From assembly GCA_030390025.1 (NCBI GenBank), contig CM059438.1, positions 57,042,001 to 57,106,000 on the forward strand: 64,000 bases of DNA, written 5' to 3'. The translations under genes and the position numbers were made by a program. Below the pieces are notes generated by a model, which was given only the letters and a program-made list of their open reading frames with translations, had not been told where the DNA came from and did not search any database. Positions 9,766 through 20,715 of this stretch are shown here, piece by piece. The stretch comes from Squalus acanthias (lineage: Eukaryota). Position 1 is the stretch's first letter, and every line of letters starts with the position of its first letter.

Positions 9766-12700
9766 ATGGCGGACACGAACGCTGTTTCTGTGAAACTGCC
9801 GGAGTTTTGGGAAAACCAGCCCGAAGCCTGGTTTCTCCAAGCTGAATCTCGCTTCCGGCTGCAAAATATCACCACAGATGGGACGAAGTACGACTATCTC
9901 GTCACATCACTCGGTAGCGCCGCAGTTTCCAAGGTTTGGACAACGCTGCAGAACCCACCAGAGGAAGGCAAGTACGCACATCTCAGGACAGCGCTCCTTA
10001 AAAAATTTACGGCCTCGGCATATCAGCGAAACTGCCACCTCCTCGACCTTCCAGGCCTCGGTGATGCCTTACCATCAGACCTCCTCTCCCACATGCTCTC
10101 CCTCACCGACGAGAGCCCACCCGGATCCCTCTTCTGCACGCTGTTCATCCGCCAGCTCCCTCTCAGCATCCGCCCAGCGATCGTGGCGTCCGGCCTCACG
10201 AACCTGGAAGCCCTGGCCGATGAGGCCGACAAGCTGCTGTCCGCTCACTCCAGCCGCGACGTCACTCCGGACCTGGCAGCCAATGCCTGGGCGCGCCCCT
10301 CACCATCCAGCACGCGGCCACAAGGGCCTGTCACCAGGCCCACGGGGCTTTCACGCCCCACTAACCCGGGCCACTGTTACTACCACGCACGGTTCGGCGC
10401 CAGGACACAACGGTGCACACCTCCCTGCTCTTTCAAGTCCGCCCCCGTTCCAGCCCCCGCGATGGCCGTGGGCCATGCGGGCTCCCTGCTGTTCGTCACG
10501 GATGACAAAACCGGCCGCCGGTTCCTGTGCGACACTGGGGCTCAGCACAGCATCATCCCGGCCTCCTCCCTCAACATCCAAAAGGGCGAACGAGGACCGG
10601 CGCTGGCTGCTGCTAACGGCTCGGAAATCCGGACGTATGGCACCCGGACAGTCACCCTCGACTTCGCTGGTCACCGCTACCGATGGGAGTTCATCACTGC
10701 CAAGGTGCTCTCCCCTCTCATCGGCGCAGATTTCCTGTGCGCCCACGGCCTACTGGTAGACATCCCTTGTCACCGCCTTGTGGACATGAACATCATGTCC
10801 CCCATCCTGGGCGCCATGGCCCCCCGTCAACCCGCCGACATTGCGTCACAGTGCCACGCCCGGGCCACGGATGACTACTCGGCACTCCTGGCCGAATTCC
10901 CGGCCCTTACCAATCCGACCTTCTCCGCGGAGGCCGCCAAACACGGGGTGGAACACTTCATCCCCACCACAGGCCCCCCAGTGTACGCCCACACCCGCAG
11001 GCTGGACCCGGCCAAACTGGAGATTGCGCGGACCGAGTTTGCCACCATGGAACAGCTCGGCATCATCCGCCGCTCCAACAGTTCCTGGGCCTCCCCAGTC
11101 CACATCGCCCCCAAACCAGGCGGAGGTTAGCGCCCCTGCGGGGATTACCGCCGCCTCAATGATGCCACCACCCCTGATCGGTACCCCGTGCCGCACATTC
11201 AGGACTTCTCGGCTAGACTGGCCGGCCGCTCAGTCTTTTCCAAGGTCGACCTGGTGCGCGGCTACCACCAAGTCCCCGTCCACCCCGCGGACGTCCCCAA
11301 GACAGCCGTAATCACCCCCTTCGGCCTGTTCGAGTTCCTGCGGATGCCCTTCGGCCTCAAAAACGCGGCCCAGGCATTCCAACGGCTCATGGACTCGGTC
11401 CTTCGGGACCTGAAGTTCCTGTTCGTCTACCTGGATGACATCCTGGTAGTCAGTTCCTCCAAGCAGGAACACCTCGAACACCTTCGCATCCTGTTCGGGC
11501 GCCTCAGCGACCACGGGCTCATCCTCAGCCCAGCCAAATGCCAGTTCGGCCTGGACAAGATCGACTTCCTCGGCCACCACATCACCCATGCTGGGGCCAT
11601 TCCCCTGCCCACCAAGGTGCAGGCCGTCCAACAATTTCCCCGCCCCACCACCATCAAACGCCTCCAGGAGTTCCTCGGGATGGTGAATTTCTATAACCGC
11701 TTCATCCCCAAAGCGGCGTCCCTCATGAGGCCCCTGTATGAAGCCCTCCAGGGCAGGAGCGGCAAGATGGCGGTTGAATGGACGGCAGACGCGTCCGCCG
11801 CCTTCGATTCCACCAAGACCGCGCTCACCAACGCCACCCTGCTCGCGCACCCACGGCCCAATGCCAGGGTAGCGCTCACCACGGACGCCTCCGACCACGC
11901 GGTCGGCGCCGTGTATGAGCAGTGGGTCGACGGCGCCTGGCAACCACTTGCCTTCTTCAGCCGCCAACTACGCCCCCTGGAGGTCAAGTACAGCACCTTC
12001 GACCGCGAGCTCCTCGCGCTGTTCCTGGCGGTCCGCCATTTCCGGTTTTTGCTTGAGGGCCACCCCTTCACTGCGTTTGTCGACCACAAGCCCCTGACAT
12101 TTGCAATGGCAAAGAGAACCGACCCCTGGTCCGCCAGGCAGCAGCGCCAGCTCGCGGCAGTGTCCGAGTTCACCACGGACATCCAACACGTCTCCGGCCG
12201 AGACAATGTGGTAGCCGACTGCCTCTCCCGCCCCGCCATCCACGCCGCACACCTAGCAGTCGACTACGCTCAACTCGCAGCAGACCAGATCACCGACCCT
12301 GATCTGCTCTCCGCACCCACCAACCTACCAGGGCTACGCCTGGCCGACGTCGCCTGTGGCCCGACCGCAGTCACGGTCAAGTGCGACATATCCCTATGTC
12401 AACCTCGGCCCGTCGTCCCAGCGTCCAGGCGCCGCCGGGTATTCGACATTCTCCACAACCTCTCCCACCCCGGCGCCCGCGCATCCATCAAATTGGTAGC
12501 CAACCGCTTTGTCTGGCGCGGCCTTCGCAAGGATGTGCGTACTTGGGCCAACTCCTGCCTAGCCTGCCAACGGGCCAAGGTACAGCAACACACGAAAGCA
12601 CCCCTCGAGGAGTTTACCGTCCCCTCGCGGAGATTCGACCACATCCACGTGGACATCGTCGGGCCCCTGCCGCCGTCGCAAGGCCACACGCACTTGCTGA

Positions 12701-13578
12701 CCATCGTTGACCGCACCACACGCTGGCCTGAGGCAATTCCACTGACCTCTACCACCACCGCCGACATCGCCAGAGCCTTCGTCAGCACCTGGGTCGCACG
12801 GTTCGGCGTCCCCTCCGACATGACGTCGGACAGAGGTCCGCAATTTACCTCTGAACTCTGGACCGCCGTCGCACGCAATCTCGGGGTGACCATTCACCGC
12901 ACCACAGCGTACCACCCCCAAGCCAACGGACTGTGTGAGCGGTTCCACAGATCCTTGAAGGCATCTCTTCTGGCCAGCCTCCAAGACGGCGCCTGGACCG
13001 ACCGACTTCCGTGGGTCCTCCTCGGCCTGCGCACCGCGGTTAAAGAAGACCTCCACGCATCGGCAGCAGAGCTCGTGTACGGTCAGCCGCTGCGCGTACC
13101 CGACGAGTTCCTGCCCACCGCCACGACACCCTGGTCAGCCGACCAGCAACGCCACGACTTCGCCTCACCGGCGCTGCAGTTCGCCCCGGTGCCCATTGCC
13201 CGACACGGCGAATCCACCTCACACGTCCCACTAAGCCTGCACCAGGCACGGTTTGTTTTCGTCCGGCACGACGCCCACCGCGGACCCCTTCAACCCCCGT
13301 ACGACGGGCCCTACAAGGTGCTACAGGCTGGGGACAAATTTTTCACCCTGCAAGTGGGCGACAGGACCGAAAAAGTGTCGGTTGACCGACTCAAGCCAGC
13401 ACACTCGGAGCCTGGTGAGCAGGTCCCTGTAGCTCGTCCACCTCCACGCGGCTGACCTGCCCTCAAGCCGGTTCACCCGGCTGCTCCACGCCCGGCCGTT
13501 CCACGTCCACCGGCGTCCTACAAGAGCCGCTCCGGCCGGCCCATCAGACCGCCGCACCATCTCGTCCACACCTCCTAA
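9766..13578 (+). pseudogene. gag-pol: Gag-Pol polyprotein in one reading frame; in-frame TAG at 11128-11130 and probable premature TGA at 13453-13455
   Basis: Gag KLPEFW..PEAWF and CYYH-x9-C-x3-C; protease [31 protein letters not shown]; RNase [16 protein letters not shown]; integrase H-x3-H..C-x2-[24 protein letters not shown] and a GPY motif. ORFs 9766-11130 and 11188-13455 share the same frame. Confidence 0.93.
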
Positions 13579-13598
13579 GCGGATTCTGGGGGCAGCTG

Positions 13599-13820
13599 TG
13601 TGGCGGATCGCCACCTAAAACGGGCATAATCCACTCTTCCGTCTGTGGACAAATTTCCAGCACCTTACCTTTAAGGCAGAAGGGGGCGGGGCCTCAGGTT
13701 TTACCCAGAGAATTCTGGGGGCTTTTCAGTCTGCCATTTGGTGCCATACTGTGATTAAAAAGTCTCTTGTTTAACACAAATGGATTCAGCCTTAATTCGT
13801 GTTTCGCGGCAGCCTCAACA
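13599..13820 (+). repeat. 3' LTR (222 bp)
   Basis: Matches the 5' LTR except for a 16-bp indel and about 2 substitutions. Preceded by a short G-rich tract (ctgggggcag, weak PPT). Confidence 0.97.
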
Positions 13821-14429
13821 GTATTCTCCTTTATTCTAACTGTGGTCTTACTAAGATTTTATATAGATTCACCATTATAACTCAACTTGACTCATCTTAT
13901 ATGTACATCATGGATTTCTGGGCAAGAATTTTGTGGGCAATTATCATATAAATGGGTATTTTATATACAAGCACATATGGTATGTGACAAAAATGCCATG
14001 GAACAGGTTTAAAATAGTTGTTTTCCTCTTTTAGGTTTCTCTACATTATTTATTATAATTTATAATTATAGCACTGCCTCTGTGTCACTCACCAGAGCAA
14101 CCTTTTTGTATTTTTCACTCGGACAATGCTTCATGGGTTGAATGGAATTACACACCCAAACAGAATCCTGTTCAGATTCAACTCATGTCAGGTCTCCACA
14201 GCAGATCTATCTCCGAGCTTCAATAAACAGATTTGATTTTCTCTACTTCAGTTGCACACAAGCGTTCTAAACCAAGATGTGTGCATTAGCCCCTGCTGAG
14301 TGTCTGTGTATATCATTGCAGTTTGCATGAAATCCTTCTGAGTTTATCAGCATATCCTATGTTGAGTTTAGCTGGAATTACTGGATTCTGCAGGCACAGT
14401 GGCAAATTTACCGGTTGAGATTCTCCAGC

Positions 14430-14995
14430 TCCTTATAAAGCGCTGGTTAGGCCACAACTGGAGTATTGCGTCCAGTTCTGGCCACCACACTTTAGGAAGG
14501 ATGTGAAAGTCCTTGAGAGGGTGCAGAGGAGATTTACCAGAATGGTTCTGGGGATGGGGGATCTTAGCTACAAGGACAGGTTGGAGAAGCTGGATTTGTT
14601 TTCATTAGAGCAAAGTAGGTTGAGGGGTGATTTGATAGAGGTGTACAAGATTATGACGGGTTTGGATAGGCTAGACGGGGAAAGGCTGTTCTCACTAGTT
14701 GATGGTACAAGGACGAGGGGACACAGATTTAAGGTTTTGGGCAAGAGATACAGGGGGGATGTGAAGAAAACCTTTTTTACGCAGCGAGTGGTGAGGACCT
14801 GGAACTCGCTACCGACGGAAGTGGTGGAAGCGGAGACACTCAATGTTTTCAAGGGGAGACTGGATAGGCACTTGAGGGAAATAAACTTGCAGGGCTACGG
14901 GGATAGAGCGGGGGAGTGGGACTGACTTGATTGCTCTGCAGAGAGCCGGTACGGACTCAATGGGCCGAATGGCCTCCTTCTGTGCCGTTATGACT
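14430..14995 (+). mobile_element. CR1 LINE 3' portion
   Basis: YKALVRPQLEYCVQFW..LERVQRRFTRM..RLRGDLIEVYKIM..WNSLP, plus 3' UTR gggccgaatggcctcc. Confidence 0.93.
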
Positions 14996-15771
14996 CCTCT
15001 AACCTAGACAAACCATAAACAGGTTGCGAGGGTTTCGACAACGGTCTATTAAAAAGCATTTCTCAGCACACCTTGGAAACTCCTAAGTACCCAAAAATAG
15101 TGGTTTCCGGTTAATAAAACTGAATGCATCTAACTGCAAACAATACAGCTCTAGGTGACCGGGATAAAATGTTTGTCTGCTTTCTGCACGGGTCCTATAT
15201 AAGTGTTTGCCCGGTCTCCACCCATTCCTTATGGATGTGGATTCATTCTGCACAAATTGGCCATAAGGATTGGTGGTGTTTAAAATGGAAAAATTCACAA
15301 GTCTTCCTGGACAGCCAATGCCTACAAAACGCTTCTTTACACCTCACAATGACAGACATTTTATCACCCACAGCAGTTTGTTACTGAATCAACTAAGCAA
15401 CTTGCTGAAAGAATAACCACAACTATTAATATAAATATGAATATAAATACGTACATAAATATTACCCACACAAAGCTCTGTTTTTGGCCAGCAACAGGAA
15501 AACCACTTTACGTCCTTTCAAAGAGTGAGAAAGGGGGATTCTAGTAGTTATCGGTGGCACCCAGTAGAATCCCAGTTTTCATTAATTTATGTGTTTCCTA
15601 TCCTAAATCAAAAAATGGAACGAATGCCGGAATGCTCAGCGGGGTTTCCAGTTCTGGTGCACTAGTTCCAGAGATCACACTGCCGCTAATATCGAACAAG
15701 TGCACTGGGCTGCGACAAATCGAAGCAGGCCTCTTTGCTCATCGCTGAAACAAACTGAGAGAAATTAAATG

Positions 15772-16762
15772 ATTTACAATCTATATTAATGACTTGGATG
15801 AATGGACTGAGTGTAATGTTGCCAAATTTGCTGATGATACAAAGATAGGTGGGAAAGCAAATTGTGTGGAGGACGCAAAGAATCTCCAAAGGGATATAGA
15901 TAGGCTAAGTGAGTGGGCAAAAATCTGGCAGATGGAGTTTAATGTGGGAAAATGTGAGGTTATCCACTTTGGTAGGAAAAATAAAAAAGCAAATTATTAT
16001 TTAAATGGGAAGAGATTACAAAATGCTGAGGTACAGAGGGATCTGGGGGTCCTTATACATGAATCACAAAAAGTTAGCATGCAGGTACAGCAAGTAATTA
16101 GGAAGGCAAATGGAGTGTTGGCCTTTATTGCAAAGGGAATGGAGTATAAAAGTAGGGAAGTCCTGTTACAACTGTACAGGGCGTTGGTGAGACCACACCT
16201 GGAGTACTGCGTACAGTTTTGGTCTCCTTATTTAAGGAAGGATATACTTGCATTGGAGGCAGTTCAGAGAAGGTTCACGAGGTTGATTCCGGAGATGAAG
16301 GGGTTGTCTTATGAAGAAAGGTTGAGCAGGTTGGGCCTATACTCATTGGAGTTTAGAAGAATGAGAGGGGATCTTATTGAAACATATAAGATTCTGAAGG
16401 GGCTTGACAGGGTAGATGCAGAGAGGATGTTTCCCCTCGTGGGGGAATCTAGAACTAGGGGGCATAGTTTCAGAATAAGGGGGCACCCTTTTAAATCGGA
16501 AATGAGGAGGAATTTCTTCTCTCAGAGGGTGGTGAATCTTTGGAATTCCCGTCCCCAGAGAGCTGTGGAGGCTGGGTCATTGAATATATAATGAAGGTGG
16601 AGATAGACAGATTTTTGAACGATAAGGGAATGATGGGTTATGGGGAGCAGGCAGGGAAGTGGAGTTGAGGCCAAGATCGGATCAGCCATGATCTTATTGA
16701 ATGGAGGAGCAGGCTCGAGGGGCCGAATGACCGACTCCTGCTCCTACGTCTTATGTTCTTAT
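15772..16762 (+). mobile_element. CR1 LINE, 5'-truncated (RT to 3' tail)
   Basis: FTIYINDLD..KFADDTKIGG..LVRPHLEYCVQFWSP, with tail (cttatgtt)n. Confidence 0.95.
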
Positions 16763-17739
16763 AAATGTTTAACCCACCACACTTATCTAGCTCACCGTTC
16801 CATATGACACATTTACTTCCTTTTCCCAATGCTTGGGTCAGTTTGGTGTGTGGCTGTTGTCCAGGAATGTTTTGTGCAAAGCCTGTGAAAGACATGGCAC
16901 AGGCTTACTGACCTTTGCTCTGGTATGCAGGGCAGGCCGACGTCCAGGTTAGAGACTAAGGCTTGATTTTAAACCAAACCAGCCTTGATGGGCGGGAGAG
17001 GGTCGGGCGGGGCCAGGCGGGGCGGGGGGTTTGAGTAACCCACTCTACGCTCACTTCCAGTCTCTGGGTTGGGAGAGCAGGATTGGAATGGGATGGGACC
17101 GCTCACTGTCACAGTAAAATACATATTCTTATCAGAATGATAATCCCCAACACACATTTAGTATCAAAATTAAATTATTTTCTTTTCCTTCACAACACAA
17201 GTGAGTTCAAATTCATCATTTCTTTCAACTGCGAGTGAAAAGGCCTCAGCTACATTTTCCATGTTGGAGGCAGCAGGCATCGATCGAGGCACAATGGCGC
17301 CATTGGCCATGACGCATGGCACTCACACAGAATTGTGTGGGGATCCACTCCAGCTGGGAAGCAGCAAAGGTGGAACCAGCGCGAGCATCCACGTTCACAC
17401 TCCACCCAGGAAACTATCGGCTCTGTGCTTCGAGGGCTGGGCGGGTCGCCCCTGTGGCACAAGCAGCAGAGTGTGTCATTTTTTTCTTTTTTTACTCGCT
17501 GCTTCTATTTACTGAATGTTCCCCAGGCCTTTGATCCCGTCGGGCGTCCTCGTTGTTTGGTGCACACCGGCCGACCACCACGCAGCTTCAGGAGGCTCTG
17601 TGCCGTCATGTCGGAGTTCGCGAGGGAGCTGGTGGTTGTGTGTAAGCAGCATTGTTTTCTTCCATTGTGGCCCGTGAGGTGTCTGATTCTCCCAGTGTGA
17701 CAGGCCGTTGAGAAGAGGGCTGCTCGGGCGAGCGAAGTG

Positions 17740-18717
17740 GAGTGGTGTCCAGGCGGTTTAAGTATGGTCCAAGTGCTCAGGAGAAGCGGTGTCCAGGCAG
17801 TGTAAGTATGGGCCAAGTGCTCAGGAGAAGTGGTGTCCAGGCAGTGTAAGTATGGGCCAAGTGCTCAGGAGAAGCGGTGTCCAGGCAGATGTTTGTATGG
17901 TCCAAGTGCTCAGGAGAAGTGGTGTCCAGGCAGTGTAAGTATGGACCAAGTGCTCAGGAGAAGCGGTGTCCAGGCAGATGTTTGTATGGACCAAGTGCTC
18001 AGGAGAAGTGGTGTCCAGGCAGTGTAAGTATGGGCCAAGTGCTCAGGAGAAGTGGTGTCCAGGCAGTGTAAGTATGGACCAAGTGCTCAGGAGAAGCGGT
18101 GTCCAGGCAGATGTTTGTACGGGCCAAGTGCTCAGGAGAAGTGGTGTCCAGGCAGATGTTTGTATGGTCCAAGTGCTCAGGAGAAGTGGTGTCCAGGCAG
18201 ATGTTTGTATGGACCAAGTGCTCAGGAGAAGTGGTGTCCAGGCAGTGTAAGTATGGACCAAGTGCTCAGGAGAAGCGGTGTCCAGGCAGATGTTTGTATG
18301 GTCCAAGTGCTCAGGAGAAGTGGTGTCCAGGCAGATGTTTGTATGGACCAAGTGCTCAGGAGAAGTGGTGTCCAGGCAGTGTAAGTATGGACCAAGTGCT
18401 CAGGAGAAGTGGTGTCCAGGCAGATGTTTGTATGGACCAAGTGCTCAGGAGAAGTGGTGTCCAGGCAGTGTAAGTATGGACCAAGTGCTCAGGAGAAGCG
18501 GTGTCCAGGCAGATGTTTGCATGGGCCAAGTGCTCAGGAGAAGTGGTGTCCAGGCAGTGTAAGTATGGTCCAAGTGCTCAGGAGAAGCGGTGTCCAGGCA
18601 GTGTAAGTATGGTCCAAGTGCTCAGGAGAAGTGGTGTCCAGGCAGTGTAAGTATGGTCCAAGTGCTCAGGAGAAGTGGTGTCCAGGCAGATGTTTGTATG
18701 GACCAAGTGCTCAGGAG
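17740..18717. repeat. Minisatellite with interspersed 44-bp and 45-bp units (~22 copies)
   Basis: GGCAGTGTAAGTATGG(A/G/T)CCAAGTGCTCAGGAGAAG(T/C)GGTGTCCA (44 bp) and GGCAGATGTTTGTATGG..GTCCA (45 bp). Confidence 0.95.
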
Positions 18718-20715
18718 AGCAGGGGGTAGGATCACTATCAGGCAGGGATGGTGACGTGCTGCTGATGTCCTCTGTGCAGTGCGCAGAGCCACCAAAGGCA
18801 ATTGGGACAGTGGGGCCTGCTTCATCCAAAGCCACTTCATGCAAAGTCTGCAATCCCCAGCAGTTACATCGAGACATTCCATCTCATCTCCCAGTCCTTG
18901 CTGCCAGTCGTGAATCTGTCATTCAAGCCAGTGCACTCTTTACTGGAAAATCTCTGTTCCGCTGTTGGTCAAGACGTCACTTGGCCGATGTGTGATGCCT
19001 GCAGCCATACGGTACATCTCACAGCTGCTGCTGGCCCGTGGCCGGGCTTCGGTAACAACAATTCCAGGAGCAATGTCTGCCTCAACGCGTGGCCGAGGCG
19101 ATCGCCAACGGCTGTTGGGGGCAAGCCTCCCCAAAGACAAACCCAAATGCCTCTGCACAATGACAGCGTGTTTCCAGGGCAACAGATGCTGACTCCAGAA
19201 GGTGCAGCTGCAGGTAGCTCGGCCCTCATGTGTCTGCAGAGTGTACTCCGGGTCACCAGAAGTCACAGTGACTGTGTCCACTTCCTGCTGCTTGATGCTC
19301 ACTGTATACAGGTGACTCTGCTACCTGCTTGAAAGACATCATTGTGGAAGACTAGCAATTCAATGCCTTTCTTCATGGATGAGGAGGCGTGGAGCAGGTG
19401 TTTTATCTTGCCATTCTCCGACTCGATCCGATTACTGGTGCTATTTCCGAAAGTTAGACTGGTTCTCTGGGAATATGTCGCCCGCATCTCCTTCTGCGGA
19501 ACCCAGTTAATGAACAGATACTCCTGCAGGGGGTCTGAAGCTGCCCAATCCTTTCTATGATGTCAGTTTCTCCTCCGAGCCTGCAGATCTCAAACAATTG
19601 CTGCTTTCTAGGATGGTCCAATGTGTAGCTGCAGATCTTCCTCCTCATGTTCAGTATAGCATGGAATTGGCACAGTAGCACCATGACAGCTGGAAGGTGC
19701 TTCTTGAATGCATTGGTCTCGTTGATGCCCTTATCCATGATTGTCATCTCCACCCGATCCAGGCAGGATCCCATCATATCAATGGACACACCCATGATTT
19801 CATCCACCATCTTATTCCTCACCATGGTATAGAACACAGCCCCACCCCTGCCAATAGTGTCCTGCACCATAACCTGATACAGAGGATAGCCATACTCGTT
19901 GATCTTGTACGTCCCATCAATAAACATCAGCTCGGGAAAGGGGCCTCGAGACGGGACTTCATTGCCGGTGTCATGAATGCACTGAACTGGATGTCCTTCG
20001 CTTGTATGCCAACACGCACCGTCGCCCCGTTCCGTTCAATGTTTTCCAGAGTATCACAGAGTCCATTCATGCTGTCATCACCGGCTTTGAGTCGTGTCTT
20101 TATATTTCTAATGTCGGGCAGGGTTACTAGTTGTTGAATTCCCTCTAAATATAAACCTTCAGCTGCTTGTTCTCGGGTCGCAGCTCGACCAACTCCTCCA
20201 CCCTCTGCATCTCATCCGGGGTGAGTTGTCGTCTCCTGGCATTAGAAAGCTAAATATTCTGGACTCACGATATGGTGGGTATGCACAAGCTGGCGCGAGG
20301 AGACACACAGCCTGTTCTTGGTCACGTTGAACTTCAAGACGATGATGGCCTTGCAGCCCATGGCGAGGTATCTGGAAAATAAAATGGCAATGAGACACGA
20401 AGCTATCAGTTTGGGGAAGTTCTCGAGGTGCACAGCCTCCCAGAGTGGGGGGTGGTGGTGCCCTGAGCTGCTGCCGCCCTCTACCCTGGGCCCTGCCAGG
20501 GAGTCCTCTGCCTTGCATCCTGGGGGTGGGACCCATGCGTAGGCTGGATAAGCTGGAATGACCAATCCATTCACTGCATTCTGTATGGTGCTTGGTTTGA
20601 TCGATTGCGGTGGTGACCTGGAGGGGGCTGGTTAATGGATGGTGGCCGCTATGAATGATATACTTTCCATCACTAGCGAGGCAGTGGCATCCCTGGTCCC
20701 CTCAGAGACTCCTCC

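Larger units (their letters stand above)
9488..13820 (+). mobile_element. Full-length Ty3/Gypsy LTR retrotransposon, CsRn1-like
   Basis: Two TG..CA LTRs, TSD GTAT (9484-9487 and 13821-13824), tRNA-Trp PBS, domain order Gag-PR-RT-RH-IN. Confidence 0.97.

Noticed and set aside
9878..13614. Overlapping and antisense ORFs within the Gypsy element (possible env or accessory gene)
   Set aside because: Expected shadow ORFs of GC-rich coding DNA. There is no room or hydrophobic signature for env between IN and the 3' LTR.
16900..17110. Terminal inverted repeat of the MULE element
   Set aside because: A GC-rich end-like segment is present, but I could not find a matching inverted partner or TSD beyond 23714.
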